This document shows positions 29,624 through 41,148 of a DNA stretch of 64,000 bases, one piece after another. The number at the start of each line of letters is the position of its first letter. Within the stretch, counting starts at the first letter, position 1. Made by a program: the position numbers and the translations under genes. The notes under the pieces were generated by a model that saw only the letters and a program-made list of their open reading frames with translations, was not told the DNA's origin and made no database searches. Source of the DNA: Schizosaccharomyces osmophilus (lineage: Eukaryota). Location of the stretch: assembly GCF_027921745.1 (NCBI RefSeq), contig NC_079238.1:2480001-2544000 (forward strand), written 5' to 3'.

Positions 29624-29899
29624 ATTTCAATTTCCGTAATTGCATCGCTACAAGATCGTCCTTCTACTTGACCCTAAAAGTTATACATCATCACTTTTTC
29701 TGCTATTCAACTGTTTAAAATCGTATTGTAACGAATATTATGCGTACATTAATTTCCCAAAACCCGATGTATCTATTGTATTAAAAATTGTTAGGTGACA
29801 ACCAATGTGACCAAATAAGTACCAAATGCATGTTTTTGTAACAAAATCCAAACAAAAGAGTGAAAATAAAACGCGACTTCCCTCTGAAAACGGTCAAAT

Positions 29900-31936
29900 T
29901 TAATTTTTTCGTTGTCTTCTTTTCATACGTTTCTGTTGAATGATGCGAGCAACCTTAACCTTTTTCTCCTTTTCACTGTCATCTCCTGAAGAATCCTTTC
30001 GTTTACGTTTCAGCTGTACAGCTTCCTCTTCTTTCTTTTCTCGCATTTGCTTTGCCTTATCGCGGAAAGTAATTTCTTTTTCTTGGCGGCGCTTGACTAC
30101 CTTGATATTTTCAATGGCAAACTCAACAATCAGTCTTCTTGGTCGATCATTAAAGTCCACTGTAGGCATCTCTGGTTCTGGAAGTTTATGAGAACGTGCC
30201 CATTCAATTTCATCTTGGATGATCTTACGAACAGTGACTTCCCTACCATTTAACCAGCGCAAGGCCATAAGTGCGTACTTGTGAGAAACAAATTGTAAAA
30301 AGCCATAACCTTTGGATCTGCCTGCACCCGACTTTTCGAGTTCGACCTTGGCTTGTTTTAAGACGCTTCCGGTTTTACCGCGTTTTATAAATTGATCTTT
30401 GTCACGAGATTTCTCTTCATCAGAGAGGTCTTGACGAAGTCCCTTTTCAACTTCCTCTTTGAAGCAGCGAATAGCTTGACGACCTAAAAATGCCAACATT
30501 TTATGGTCAATGTGGCGAGACATATTTCGAATCGAAAGTCTGTTTAAAGACAAGTGGAGAGTAGGATTGGTCTCCAAAAGCTTTTTACGCTGACTGATAG
30601 ACATAGATCTCAATGATTTGTCGGTATCTGGCAATTTTTCGAAAAGAGGATGTCCCGGACCAATGCGTCCTTCGTTCAACAAAAACAAATGTCTCCTATC
30701 CACTCCCTTTCCTAATTTCAGTTTTCGCTCGGCTATACTCTTTTGAGTGAGATCTCCAGCTTCTTCTCTGGTAACAGCTTTTGAGACATTAAGAAGACGA
30801 TTGTTCAACAAAAAACGAGAAGCCACGCTATCCGAGTCCACATTTTCTTCCACCAATACCGAAGGCAAAAGACGTTGTTCAGCCACAGTAGGATCGGCTT
30901 TTGGTACTTGGGCGGCCAATTCAAGACACTCATTGCAGTCCTTTTCATGTCGAAATTTTATAAAGGCTCTGCCTAAAGGCTTGTCAGTGACAGGGTCCTT
31001 GACAATCTTCGCATAAGCTAAAGGACCAAATTGACGGAAATGATGGTATAATTGTTGTTCGGTACACTCGAACAGGATATTACGAACAAATATTGTGTCG
31101 CCCAAATTTTGTTTTTGATGAACAACTTCATCCTCAGATTCAGATTCGGGATTCAATTCCTCGTCAGATGCTTCTGATTCCTCTCCTTCACCTTTTTTCA
31201 AGTCTTCTTCGTCACTGTTTTCGGGTACAACAGAAGAATGCTGAGCAACAGTGTCACTCTCTGCATCTTCTTCAATTTCTTCTTGATCGCTTTCATCGTT
31301 TTCTTTAGAAGCTTCATCGGGTTCTTCCTGTGATGTTGCATTCGACTCATAAGCATCCTTACTCAAAGCCCAATCAACAGCAACGAGACGGCCATCAAGT
31401 TTAGTACCGTTGACAGCTTCCATAGCCTTTTGGGCAGCTTCACGATCTTGCATCCATACAAACGCGAAACCACACATTTGACCGCCAGGTTTTGTGGGCA
31501 CTCGAATTTCTCGAATCTTTCCAAATTTTTCAAAGTAAGGTTCCAAATGATTTGGTTTTTTTATTGACCAAGGAAGATTACGAATAATCAATCGAGGACG
31601 GTTATCCTTTCGAGGACCCTCAGGCTTTCGATTACTGACTTGCTTCAGTTCCTTTTCTTTGTCCTCAGAGGGACCGGTACGTTTACGGTGAGCAGCATAA
31701 TCCAAACGTAGAATCCTACCGTTTAGTTTCTTGTTTTTTAATTCTTGAATTGCGCGTTGCGCATCTTCAACCATCGAAAATGTAACGAATCCATAACCAC
31801 GATTTTCCCCTGTTTCCGGATTGGTAACAACTACCGTGTGCTTGATAGGACCGACATTTGAAAAGAAATTTGAAAGATCATCTGTCTTCGTCCCAAACGC
31901 AAGGTTTCGCACAAACAATGTGCTGCTGGTAGTCAT
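29900..31936 (-). CDS. nop4: Nucleolar multi-RRM ribosome biogenesis protein
   Basis: Four RRMs, acidic linker, [11 protein letters not shown] motif. Confidence 0.92.
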   Translation of the reverse strand: MTTSSTLFVRNLAFGTKTDDLSNFFSNVGPIKHTVVVTNPETGENRGYGFVTFSMVEDAQRAIQELKNKKLNGRILRLDYAAHRKRTGPSEDKEKELKQVSNRKPEGPRKDNRPRLIIRNLPWSIKKPNHLEPYFEKFGKIREIRVPTKPGGQMCGFAFVWMQDREAAQKAMEAVNGTKLDGRLVAVDWALSKDAYESNATSQEEPDEASKENDESDQEEIEEDAESDTVAQHSSVVPENSDEEDLKKGEGEESEASDEELNPESESEDEVVHQKQNLGDTIFVRNILFECTEQQLYHHFRQFGPLAYAKIVKDPVTDKPLGRAFIKFRHEKDCNECLELAAQVPKADPTVAEQRLLPSVLVEENVDSDSVASRFLLNNRLLNVSKAVTREEAGDLTQKSIAERKLKLGKGVDRRHLFLLNEGRIGPGHPLFEKLPDTDKSLRSMSISQRKKLLETNPTLHLSLNRLSIRNMSRHIDHKMLAFLGRQAIRCFKEEVEKGLRQDLSDEEKSRDKDQFIKRGKTGSVLKQAKVELEKSGAGRSKGYGFLQFVSHKYALMALRWLNGREVTVRKIIQDEIEWARSHKLPEPEMPTVDFNDRPRRLIVEFAIENIKVVKRRQEKEITFRDKAKQMREKKEEEAVQLKRKRKDSSGDDSEKEKKVKVARIIQQKRMKRRQRKN

Positions 31937-32261
31937 GGTTCAGCGACAATTGATTTTACTACTGAAATCCTCATTTTTTACCTGAGCAGAATACTGTGGT
32001 CTAGTGTGTTGTTTAGTCCTAGACAGTATTAGCTTTACCAGTATTTAGTAATTGTTTTTTGTAAACCCATACACCGCACCGTAACAAAAAAAAATCGATT
32101 AGTACTTTTCTTCGGTGAAGACAAAAGAGAAAACAGTCAGTTTGTTATTAGAAAGTATTAAATCCCGCAATCAAAGCTTGCTTTAAAAATAAATTTGAAT
32201 ACAATTAAACCTGTTTATCTTTTTTACGATGGAAAAAGAAGAAAAATGAATAAGAAAAAAT

Positions 32262-32343
32262 CGACACCAGCAGGATTTGAACCTGCGCGCGGAGACCGCA
32301 ATAGATTTCTAATCTATCCCTTTAACCACTCAGGCATAGTGTC
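32262..32343 (-). tRNA. tRNA-Ser(AGA)
   Basis: 82 nt GACACTATGCCTGAGTGGTTAAAGGGATAGATTAGAAATCTAT...GGTTCAAATCCTGCTGGTGTCG, long variable arm, T-run terminator. Confidence 0.95.
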
Positions 32344-32497
32344 TTCTGTTGTTTAAAGACAAAAATAATGTGTTTTATACGGTTTACCTTTATATTTAAA
32401 AACCGCCGAAAGTGGTTTTTCATCTGGTTTGTGGAAAACCAGCAAAAAAGCAAACTGATGCCCTGTAGTACAGATTTGAATTCTACACATGGGTAGT

Positions 32498-32616
32498 GTC
32501 TACGGCCACACCTAGGCGAAAACACCAGTTCCCGTCCGATCACTGCAGTTAAGCGTCTGAGGGTCTCGTTAGTACTATGGTTGGAGACAACATGGGAATC
32601 CGGGATGCTGTAGGCT
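32498..32616 (+). rRNA. 5S rRNA gene, copy 1
   Basis: 119 nt GTCTACGGCCACACC...GCTGTAGGCT followed by a T-run. Confidence 0.97.
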
Positions 32617-32946
32617 TTTCACTTTTGGTTTCCTTTTTGACTTGTTTTTCTGTTGCTCTTTTAAAAATTGAAGCACATGGCTTTAATCGTGATCGACATA
32701 GACGTTTGACTTAGTGATACTAATGATTATAGAAAAAGCAACGCTCATCCTTGATCAATAATTTATGAAATTCCGTATTAGTTATAAATTAAAAGATTTA
32801 AAAAAGATCAGGAATCAAAAAGCACTTGACGAATAAATAAAATAAACAAAATGCAAACATTAAACATAAACATAAGCAAAAGCATGCTGGAGAAAAATCG
32901 AAAAGACCGGATATTATAATAAACAATACTTTACTTTCCGTATAAA

Positions 32947-33764
32947 TCAATTCCCACCGCTTTCAACATCCCTAGACTGACCCGGTTCCTGGCGTAACCC
33001 TGGAGATTGCTCAGTATGTTCAGAGGACGGTTGTTTAAAATTATCATCACTAAGATCGTTGAACTGGTTTTCAGGCTCTGGTGGCAAGCTGTTTAATGGG
33101 ATACTATTATCATCCGTCAAGTCGTTTCTATCCGATGACATCCTGAAGCCTAGAGCACTAGTAATCACAGAAAAAACTAGAGGAATCAATATAACGATTG
33201 AATCCACCAACACTAAAAGTACCCCATTAGTAAACATATCAAAATAAAATTCCACCATTCCACTTACGTGAAAAAAACAAATAAGAACATATAGAAAGCC
33301 ATGACGACAAGAACAGCTGCCACAGTAGCTTGAAACCATGTCCATACAGATTCTTTCATCGATTCCTTTATAAAGGGGACAAGGTATTTGTAAGAAAACC
33401 AAAAGTCCAATACGATTGAACCAATAAAGCACCAACCAAGCCGAAGAGCTTCATTCTCTTGTCTTCGATGTGCTTCGGGGATTCTCACAATTTTTGCCGG
33501 CCAGAAAATCAACCACAATAATGCCGTCAAGACTTTTCGTAAAAAAATAAAGAGTCCATTTCCTCCTGTCATGTTGGTAGACGCTTCTTGGTGTCTGCTT
33601 TCTGAGTACGGGGGTGCATGACCTTTTTCCAAGTCGTCTAGATGAGAATTCAAGATTTCATTGTACCGTGGCAGTTCACCGTCAAACGTTGCAAGAGTGC
33701 CCAAGCGAGGAACGTCAGCTGAATCAGCATCTTTTAGCTTTTTGTATTTGTTTTTTTCAATCAT
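32947..33764 (-). pseudogene. wag-like (wtf-associated) two-exon membrane protein gene A, apparently frameshifted
   Basis: Exon 1 33764-33268 (MIEKNKYKKL...LPRY...DDLEKGHAPPY plus TMs); intron 33267-33213 (GTAAGT..TACTAAT..TAG). The splice is phase 2 but the long exon-2 frame needs phase 1, so it stops at 33158-33160. Head-to-head with the wtf gene. Confidence 0.7.
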
Positions 33765-34702
33765 TTTCTGAAATCCCTTCAAAACCTACTCAAATAGGCA
33801 GTAAACACCCAAATTCATGTCAGAACTTTCAAAACAGTAGCACACATCTGATCCGACTAACAAGCTTAATATAAATCTAGTTTATAACAACTCCCAACTA
33901 CATGAATCGAGTCCACAATGGCAATGACTAGAATTTTGCAGAGGTGAAGCTGTCATCCACCCTCTCTGACACACATACCGATAGCTAGTAAGCGTACGCT
34001 ACTCTATATATATTTACAATGAATGAACAGTCCGAAATCGCTTTTGTTTGTTTCTATCGTGTAATCAAAATAAATTAAATAAAAAGAAAGATGGACTTGT
34101 CACTACAAATGTTGTTCGTGATAGTTGAAACAATGCTTTTACAAACTTCCGATGAATTTACGAATGCTGAAAGTAAGGCTACGAAAATCTAGAGTGTTCA
34201 ATCCTTTTCCCTGGAATTCATTAAGCCACGGTCACTGAACCTTCCAATACAAAGATATGCATTTCCAATCCCTTGTTATATATCATTCAAAGAAACAGCA
34301 TGGTTGTTTTGCCAAATGTTCCTTTGTTTACTTTTTGTAATAAATAACGACTCTTTTGGATTATACTATTACGAAAGTCATAATGAAAAACCAACGTTGA
34401 ATAATCGTAACGAGGACTGTGACCAGTCAGTGACATAATGTCGCTGCTTTTATGAATTGAGACATGCGAAAAGCCATTACCAAGATTTTTTCAAACTCGC
34501 ATCTTTGGTTTTAAAAGAAACATTTGTGGTGCAAGATTAGTTTGCTTTTGCTTTTGATGGTTGAAGCAAGGTCCAATTCCTATTTTTGAAAGATCTGTGA
34601 AAATTGGAGCCAGTTCTTACGGACTTTTCTTGGTGATTCTAGTTGTTTTCGTTTAGAGTGTAACTATCGGTGTTATTTTGGGCTATAATTGCCATTGTAA
34701 AT

Positions 34703-35851
34703 ATGAAAAACAAATATACTCCTATTTCAGATTCTGATGACTCTTCCAAAACGCTCAATGATGAAAAGGCAGATAGTCGGTCGTCTCCCTCAGATGGTAC
34801 GCCTCCTCCGTATTCAGGTAAGATTAGTTGAAATAGAAAGGAAAGGTTGATTCTTTGGGTGCGTGTTTAAAAGATTTTGGTTAAAGGGAGTTCTGATGGA
34901 AGAATCATGTTTATTTATTTGTTGGGTTTGAAACTAATAACCTTGTCGATAACTGTCAACAAACAGGGCGAATACCTCTATCCTTTCACAAACAACGAAC
35001 TATTTACTAATACATCCATTAGCTTCAAACAAATTTATTGATTTAGAAATGGCTGATGGATCCGCTCAAAATTCCGCCCAAGATACTGTTAATAATACTA
35101 GGTCGAGTTCGATGGATAAGTGGCAGATAATAATGTACTTGTTGTTTTTTACTTCTTTTGTGTATATTATATTTTATGCTATTCTTCTTGTGTTATTTTT
35201 CACTTCCAAGGTTTTTGTGAATGCACAAACCCTTTGGGGGCTTTCTGCTGGCTGTGCAGCATCCTTTGCATTGTTACTGTTTGGTAAGTTAGCTCTATCT
35301 TTTATTTTGAATGATCTAATAAGTATTAGCAATGACTCAAATGCCTAAAGAATGGTTCACGCAAGCTGGAAGAATAACCAAAAACGTATTGTCAGTTATG
35401 TGTATCTCAGCAATATGTGTGTGTTTTCTCGATGTTCCCGGTTTCGCCGTGTATTATGCTGCAAAGAAGTTCACAGGGTTTGAAAAGATAAACAATAATT
35501 TTTTCTATGTTGTTTGTTTTGTTAACTTTGTCTTGTTTCTTTATTCGACGAGTATGTCATACACCCGCGAAATATTCTAACTGTTCTAGTGAATGCAAAT
35601 GCGCGTGAACGACTTAGATTAGTAGTCGTCGATATAGGAAACGGTATAGGAAACGGCATAAATGGCTTGGGAAACGGAATAAATGGCTTGGGACACGGCT
35701 TGGGAAATGCTGTGGATCATATGTTCGGTATGTACACTTGGTAAATGCTTCCTATCACAAGGCATTATTAACCAATTCAAAAGGAAATGAAGCACCTCGT
35801 AACGAAGAAATTGAACTTCAACCTCTTGCTGAGCAAAGGGCTGAAGTTTGA
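34703..35851 (+). CDS. wtf: wtf-family poison-antidote meiotic driver, 5 exons, 267 aa antidote / 220 aa poison isoform
   Basis: Exons 34703-34817, 35023-35283, 35330-35551, 35590-35727 and 35784-35851 splice in frame (804 nt). MKNKYTPIS...PPPYS exon 1, IDLEM with in-frame ATG at 35049, several TMs, IGNG/LGNG repeats, ending ...EIELQPLAEQRAEV*. Confidence 0.92.
34955..34965 (+). promoter_or_regulatory. FLEX-like (Mei4 forkhead) site in wtf intron 1, candidate poison-transcript promoter
   Basis: GTCAACAAACA, one mismatch from GTAAACAAACA, 83 nt upstream of the exon-2 ATG. Confidence 0.7.
35634..35709 (+). repeat. Coding repeats in wtf exon 4 (IGNG IGNG ING LGNG ING LGHG LGN)
   Basis: GGAAACGGCATAAATGGCTTG / GGAAACGGAATAAATGGCTTG 21-nt tandem plus 12-nt variants. 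Confidence 0.9.
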
Positions 35852-36555
35852 GTTCTACCGAAGCCGCTTTCGTTCTTTACATTCGCTCCTTCTTTGGAAA
35901 CATCGATGTCAATTGCAGTCTACCAAGTTCCTGTATTCGCTTCCACAAAAGCTTAGATCAGATGAACCAGCAGACTTTGATTGCTTTTCTCATTTCTCTT
36001 TCATGAATCTTCTTATTCGTTTCACGGCATCGTTCATTTTCTTCATGAATAGACACCCTTTTTAATGATTATTTAATTATTCTGAGGAAAATATCATCGT
36101 AATTAACTAGTTTTTTACTCAACACTGTGTCGTGTCTTTCATTAATTGTAAGAACGAAACTGATTACCGCCAGAGGTAAAATTCGTTCACAGCATAGAAA
36201 GTATAAATCTTCAGATTGGAAGAATCGATTGATGTAGTTTAAAACATTGAATTACCGTTTACTTTGGGAGTCAAGTCGACGGACCTTGATTCAAGTAGTA
36301 CCCAATTTATATTAAGTAACATTTTCAACCCATAAACTCATACACCCAATTGATGCTCCTGCGACCATTATGTGAATCAATAAAAAAGAGAAAAACAGTG
36401 TGTTTTCAAATATTATTCTTATAATTTGAAAGCATTCACCATTTAGCCATGAAAAATACCAGATAGAACTGAGTTGAATTGGATCTTGTAGTTCATCAAG
36501 CCAAATAAAAGACTGGATCATTATTGTATAAATATCTTTACAGACAATAACAAAC

Positions 36556-36674
36556 GTCTACGGCCACACCTAGGCGAAAACACCAGTTCCCGTCCGATCA
36601 CTGCAGTTAAGCGTCTGAGGGTCTCGTTAGTACTATGGTTGGAGACAACATGGGAATCCGGGATGCTGTAGGCT
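36556..36674 (+). rRNA. 5S rRNA gene, copy 2 (identical to copy 1)
   Basis: 119/119 identical to 32498-32616; T-run terminator. Confidence 0.97.
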
Positions 36675-37056
36675 TTTTTATTTCTTTTAAACTTCTTTTT
36701 TGCCTTGTTGAATGTTGGTTTATGGTTGGAAATGCTTTTCTCAATTCCCTTCTTGTGAGACGTTCCTCGACAAGTAACAGGAAGCAAAAAAAAGGGACCT
36801 AAAATGAATGAAATGGATTTAAAGTCGTCTGAAGAAAAAAAAAAAAAAATCAACTATAATATTTTCATAGAGTAGCTGCGGTCATCAATTCAAATTAATA
36901 CAAGGTTGTTTCTTTGTTTCAAGCCTTTCCAACTGAATTTGAAATACCCAAAAAAAGGAAAATGGTTCATTAAAGCAATTCATAACCGATTGTGATCAGC
37001 TTTAGCCGAAGAGTCCAAAAAACTAGAAAAAAGAAGACAAATGAACGGAACTAAGT

Positions 37057-37864
37057 TTACGTAGTAGGATAGATATCCGTCGGTGGAGGAGCCAGTGTAT
37101 TGTCTCTTTGCTGATAGCTGGGAAGCGTAGGCGCTCTCGTGTGATCTGTTGAGCTAACAAAATCTAAACCAAGACAGGCTAAAAGAGTGGAATACAATAC
37201 ATAGCCCACACCGCACATTATGGTACCTACACAGTACATCAAGGTACCTACGACCATACCAATGATTTTTCCAATAGCACTGAAAACGAATGGAAGGACA
37301 CAACCCATCAAGATGACCACATAAAGCAGTCCTATTAGTCCCGAGAATATATGAATGAAGGCCTAAAATTTTTGTTAGTAAACAATCAAATGTATCGATA
37401 AATTGGATATGGTTGAACTCACAAAAAAAAGCAGCTACAAATACTATGAATATCACAACATGAATCATTAGAGGATCCAAGGGCTACTTGTCCAAATATT
37501 TAATGCCATCGCCATCGACTAGAAAAGTATATGTTCGGAAGTAGCAAGATATTGCATAGACACACACCAAAGAGGGAATAATTGTAGATAACAGTCGTTG
37601 CAACTTCTCTTTAAGAACTACATTGCCGGGAAATTCCCGATTTAGGAATTGTGAAGCTTCACGTTTCCTTTCATCTAAAAAGGAATAAAAATCGCCAAGT
37701 TGATCCATTGCTATATCTTTCTTCTCTTTGGCTTTTAAAGAACCTGAATTGGGTGATTTATTTGTGTCCTGTTGTGTGTACAAAGGAAGTCCCTTCTCGA
37801 GATCATCATCATAAACATTGGCATGGTATGCAGGAGGATTGCTTGATATATAAATCTTTGACAT
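37057..37864 (-). pseudogene. DUF999/wag-like two-exon membrane protein gene C, disrupted
   Basis: MSKIYISSNPPAY...DDDLEKGLPLY; in-frame TAG at 37484-37486; intron 37422-37363 (GTGAGT..TACTAAC..TAG). The hydrophobic exon-2 frame is shifted by 1 nt. Confidence 0.75.
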
Positions 37865-38145
37865 TATTGTAAACTTGAATGGTTCTTCAGTACTACAAGT
37901 GCAATAGACTAGAGCAACTGTGAATTTCTCCTGCTCGCAAGCTTCCCAAATCACGATAAAACCAAATATCGAATGAAAACACACCCAAATAGAATTCAAT
38001 TCTATTATATCATTCCAGCAAGTTAAAAGAAACGCAAAATTAATCGAATTGGCAAAGAAATGAAGAAAGAGGAAGTTTGCTCCTGTCAAGAAATTTCGCA
38101 TCGCTTACGGTGTTGGGTTACAATGACAAGTGACACTTGCGATTT

Positions 38146-38177
38146 CTGGTTTGTTTACAAAAATGTAAACAAACCAG
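38146..38177. promoter_or_regulatory. Perfect 14-bp inverted repeat made of two FLEX sites
   Basis: CTGGTTTGTTTACA-AAAA-TGTAAACAAACCAG, ~280 bp upstream of the gene C ATG. Confidence 0.75.
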
Positions 38178-38473
38178 GTTTTCAGCAATTATACCATTCA
38201 TTGAATTCCAAAATGGATGAAAGTCTTTGGATAATTCTTAATTGTAAATCATTTTACATTTTTCAACTACTGAAATTACGTTATCACAAAAGCGCTTAGG
38301 CAGATAAAGAGCATTAGCTAAAATCAACAGTTTATTGACTCAATGACTGTTGAAACATATTACTATATAGACAAGTAGAAAATACAAGGCTAAATAAATA
38401 GTAAACAAATTGCACTCTTTGCTAGTATAAAGCAAAAATCTGAGAATGGTTTAGACTTTCCGAAAGCCTTGTA

Positions 38474-39188
38474 TCACTTATGATTATCGTCTGTTTGCAT
38501 TCTTTTTGAATCCATATCTCGCCGATTCGTAGCTTGTTCAACTTGTAATCCAAAACAGTAAATAATTACATTGTTATATGTCCAACACAGAAGAGAAGCT
38601 GAAAGTAATCCAATTGTTATCATAAAAATTGATAAACCAACCATGATGCCCCTTGCCGCGTAGAGAACAACTAGAAAAGATGCTGTATGTCGTTAGCAAT
38701 TCGTAAACAAATAAAAATAAGCGACTATAAAAACACGAACAAACAAGAGATTCATATAACCATGTATATAACAAAAAATGTGAGAATAAAGCTCCCGTGA
38801 ATTTCCAATAAAGGTTATTTTGAAAATAGTTTTTGAACACGTAGGTAGGAATTTGGAAATAGCTCGATACCGCGAATACGCAAAAAATCGACAAGATTCC
38901 AGAATTAAATTTAACCACTTTCTGTTTTTTTACACTAAAATTTACTGGGAAGTAATAGCTTATTAGTTTGGAAGCGTTAGTAGCGTACTCCCTCAAGGAG
39001 ATTTGAAAGCTGTTCCAACCACTGAATTTAAAAGGTTTCTCAAAGCTGTCCTCATTGACTATAAAAGAGCCTTTATCTGCGGGACTTTCTGTATCTCTTA
39101 CTTTGTCCATTGGAATTCCCTTTTCTAAATCCACATTGAATGCATTAGCGAGATGGTTTGAATTAGTTGTACTTGAATTATCTGACAT
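38474..39188 (-). CDS. DUF999/wag-like two-exon membrane protein gene D, 218 aa
   Basis: Exon 1 39188-38741 (NVDLEKGIPM...SYYFP...IFCVFAVSSYF); intron 38740-38683 (GTTCGT..GCTAAC..CAG). Exon 2 is in frame and hydrophobic, ending ...DDNHK*. Confidence 0.75.
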
Positions 39189-39820
39189 TATTAAAAATAG
39201 TATTAAGATGATCAAGGTACGGTGCCAAATTAGTAAAGTTTCTTCCTGGACGAGAAACTTGTAAACTGTGACGAGATGCTAATTGGGGAGTAATAGCAGG
39301 TATAAAATCGATACTACTTTTTCAATTCAAAACACTAAAGATACAATAAAAAAAGCTCAATTTGGATGATACTAAAAGAGAAAAACTGCCTCAAACACAA
39401 TTCTTTCTCTTTCCTTACGCAGCTCTTTGTTCATAGTCAAGTCACAAATAGCCAAGTAACACAAGTCTTTTGTTTACACTTGAAAAAACAAAGAACAATC
39501 CATAATTTACGATGCTTTCTCTGTCAAAATCACATAGCACACATAGCTTTGTCCTTGCTGACTTGCTACTTCAATTCATTACAATAATTGATATGGATGC
39601 CCCGTCAAACAATACACAAGTAAGCATTTTTTGAGTTGAGATATATGATAAATTGCAAAAATTCCTGAAATTCTTGGGACTCTTTAAGTATGAAAAACGA
39701 GTTTCACAACGGTTTTTTTTTATGTGAACTTTTTACTTCAGCTTTCATCCATATAGCACTTGGGATACCCTTTCATGAATATATATCTATATGTATAGCC
39801 CTGTAAAGTAATCAACTACT

Positions 39821-39891
39821 GCTTTGGTGGTTTAGTGGTATAATGCTTCGTTGCCATCGAAGCGACCCGGGTTCGATTCCCGGCCGAAGCA
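39821..39891 (+). tRNA. tRNA-Gly(GCC)
   Basis: 71 nt GCTTTGGTGGTTTAGTGGTATAATGCTTCGTTGCCATCGAAGCGACCCGGGTTCGATTCCCGGCCGAAGCA plus T-run. Confidence 0.96.
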
Positions 39892-40558
39892 TGTTTTTTT
39901 CTTTTTTCGAAAGAACGAAAAGTAAATACAGTATTGGACTGGCCATGGAATTTGGAGCAATTCATATGGTTTGTTATTCATTTTTTTTTTTTCATTGTTT
40001 TATAAGAAACAATGAAATGACGTTTATCTAATACTTGAACGAAGAGAGAGTTGAATCACTGTGAGTAATGAGTATACGTATTTCGGCAACAAGTAGTTTG
40101 AACGTTAGCTAAATTAAGGAAGGTGTAAGCAAGGAAACGTTCCACTAAAGCTGTCAGCATCGGTTGGTTTCCAAATCCTTCACAAACGTGAAAAAATTGA
40201 ACTGAAATGCATTTCTCGCTGGTGATGCATTACGGGCAATTGGGTATGGCGCTACTATGTAAATTATGTTTCACCTATAATAGACACTAAATCATCCACG
40301 TTTCATGTACACAGCAAAGTAAATAAATAGTGTATATCATACTCTTGCTGATGAATCATTCGTTTGCAGATTCCTCTGAATGCTGTAGGTGCACTCTGGA
40401 CACGAGTGTTGCCCTATCAGATAAAACATATTAATGAATGGTACTTTGATTGAGAATGGAATAATGGTATCGAAAATAAACTTGACCAGTGATGATTCAC
40501 AACTTTTTCTTTCTACAATTGTATTTACTTTTCGTTCTTTCGAAAAAAGAAAAAAACA

Positions 40559-40629
40559 TGCTTCGGCCGGGAATCGAACCCGGGTCGCTTCGATGGCAAC
40601 GAAGCATTATACCACTAAACCACCAAAGC
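40559..40629 (-). tRNA. tRNA-Gly(GCC), inverted identical copy
   Basis: Exact reverse complement of 39821-39891. Confidence 0.96.
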
Positions 40630-41148
40630 AGTCGTTATATGGCTAAGTATATATACAATATATAGGTAGTCCAAGAAGAATCGAAAATATCGTTCTACAC
40701 GCACGCTTCGTTGATTTAATCATACCTCTGGTGAAAAATCATCAGGATGTTTTTTGTTTTAACCAACAGAATAAAAACATGATTACTGTTTTCCATAGAT
40801 ACCCCAATTGGTGCGTGAAGGGAGTTGTTTCGCATGAAAAGAAAACGTAACCCAAGTGAGCACAAGCTTGGCTTGCTAAGAATCATTCGACTCACATATC
40901 TTTATAGAAAGTTCTTCTACTACATTGATTCAAGAGTAAACAAAGAACTTTATAAACCCTCTGATCATTGTGACTCATACTTGACGGGCAATTGCGTAGG
41001 GGGACCAAAATTTTTTTTGCAGCCTCATTTTTACCAACTTAACCTTCACTTTGGTTCCTTCCTCTACGTTTCGGTGTAATTAACATCTAAAAGGAATTTT
41101 CACTTTTTTCGACATTGCTCTTCACTACTAACAAGTTTCCTTTGTATT

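Noticed and set aside
32322..32543. ORFs here and at 36521-36853 sharing the peptide IGRELVFSPRCGRR
   Set aside because: Antisense translation of the two 5S rDNA copies, not a protein family.
37865..38101. 79-codon N-terminal extension of gene C in the ORF track
   Set aside because: Starts at a chance upstream ATG; paralogs begin at the position equivalent to 37864.
40416..40424. Single ATCAGATAA Fep1-like site in the tRNA spacer
   Set aside because: Isolated 9-mer in AT-rich DNA, compatible with chance.
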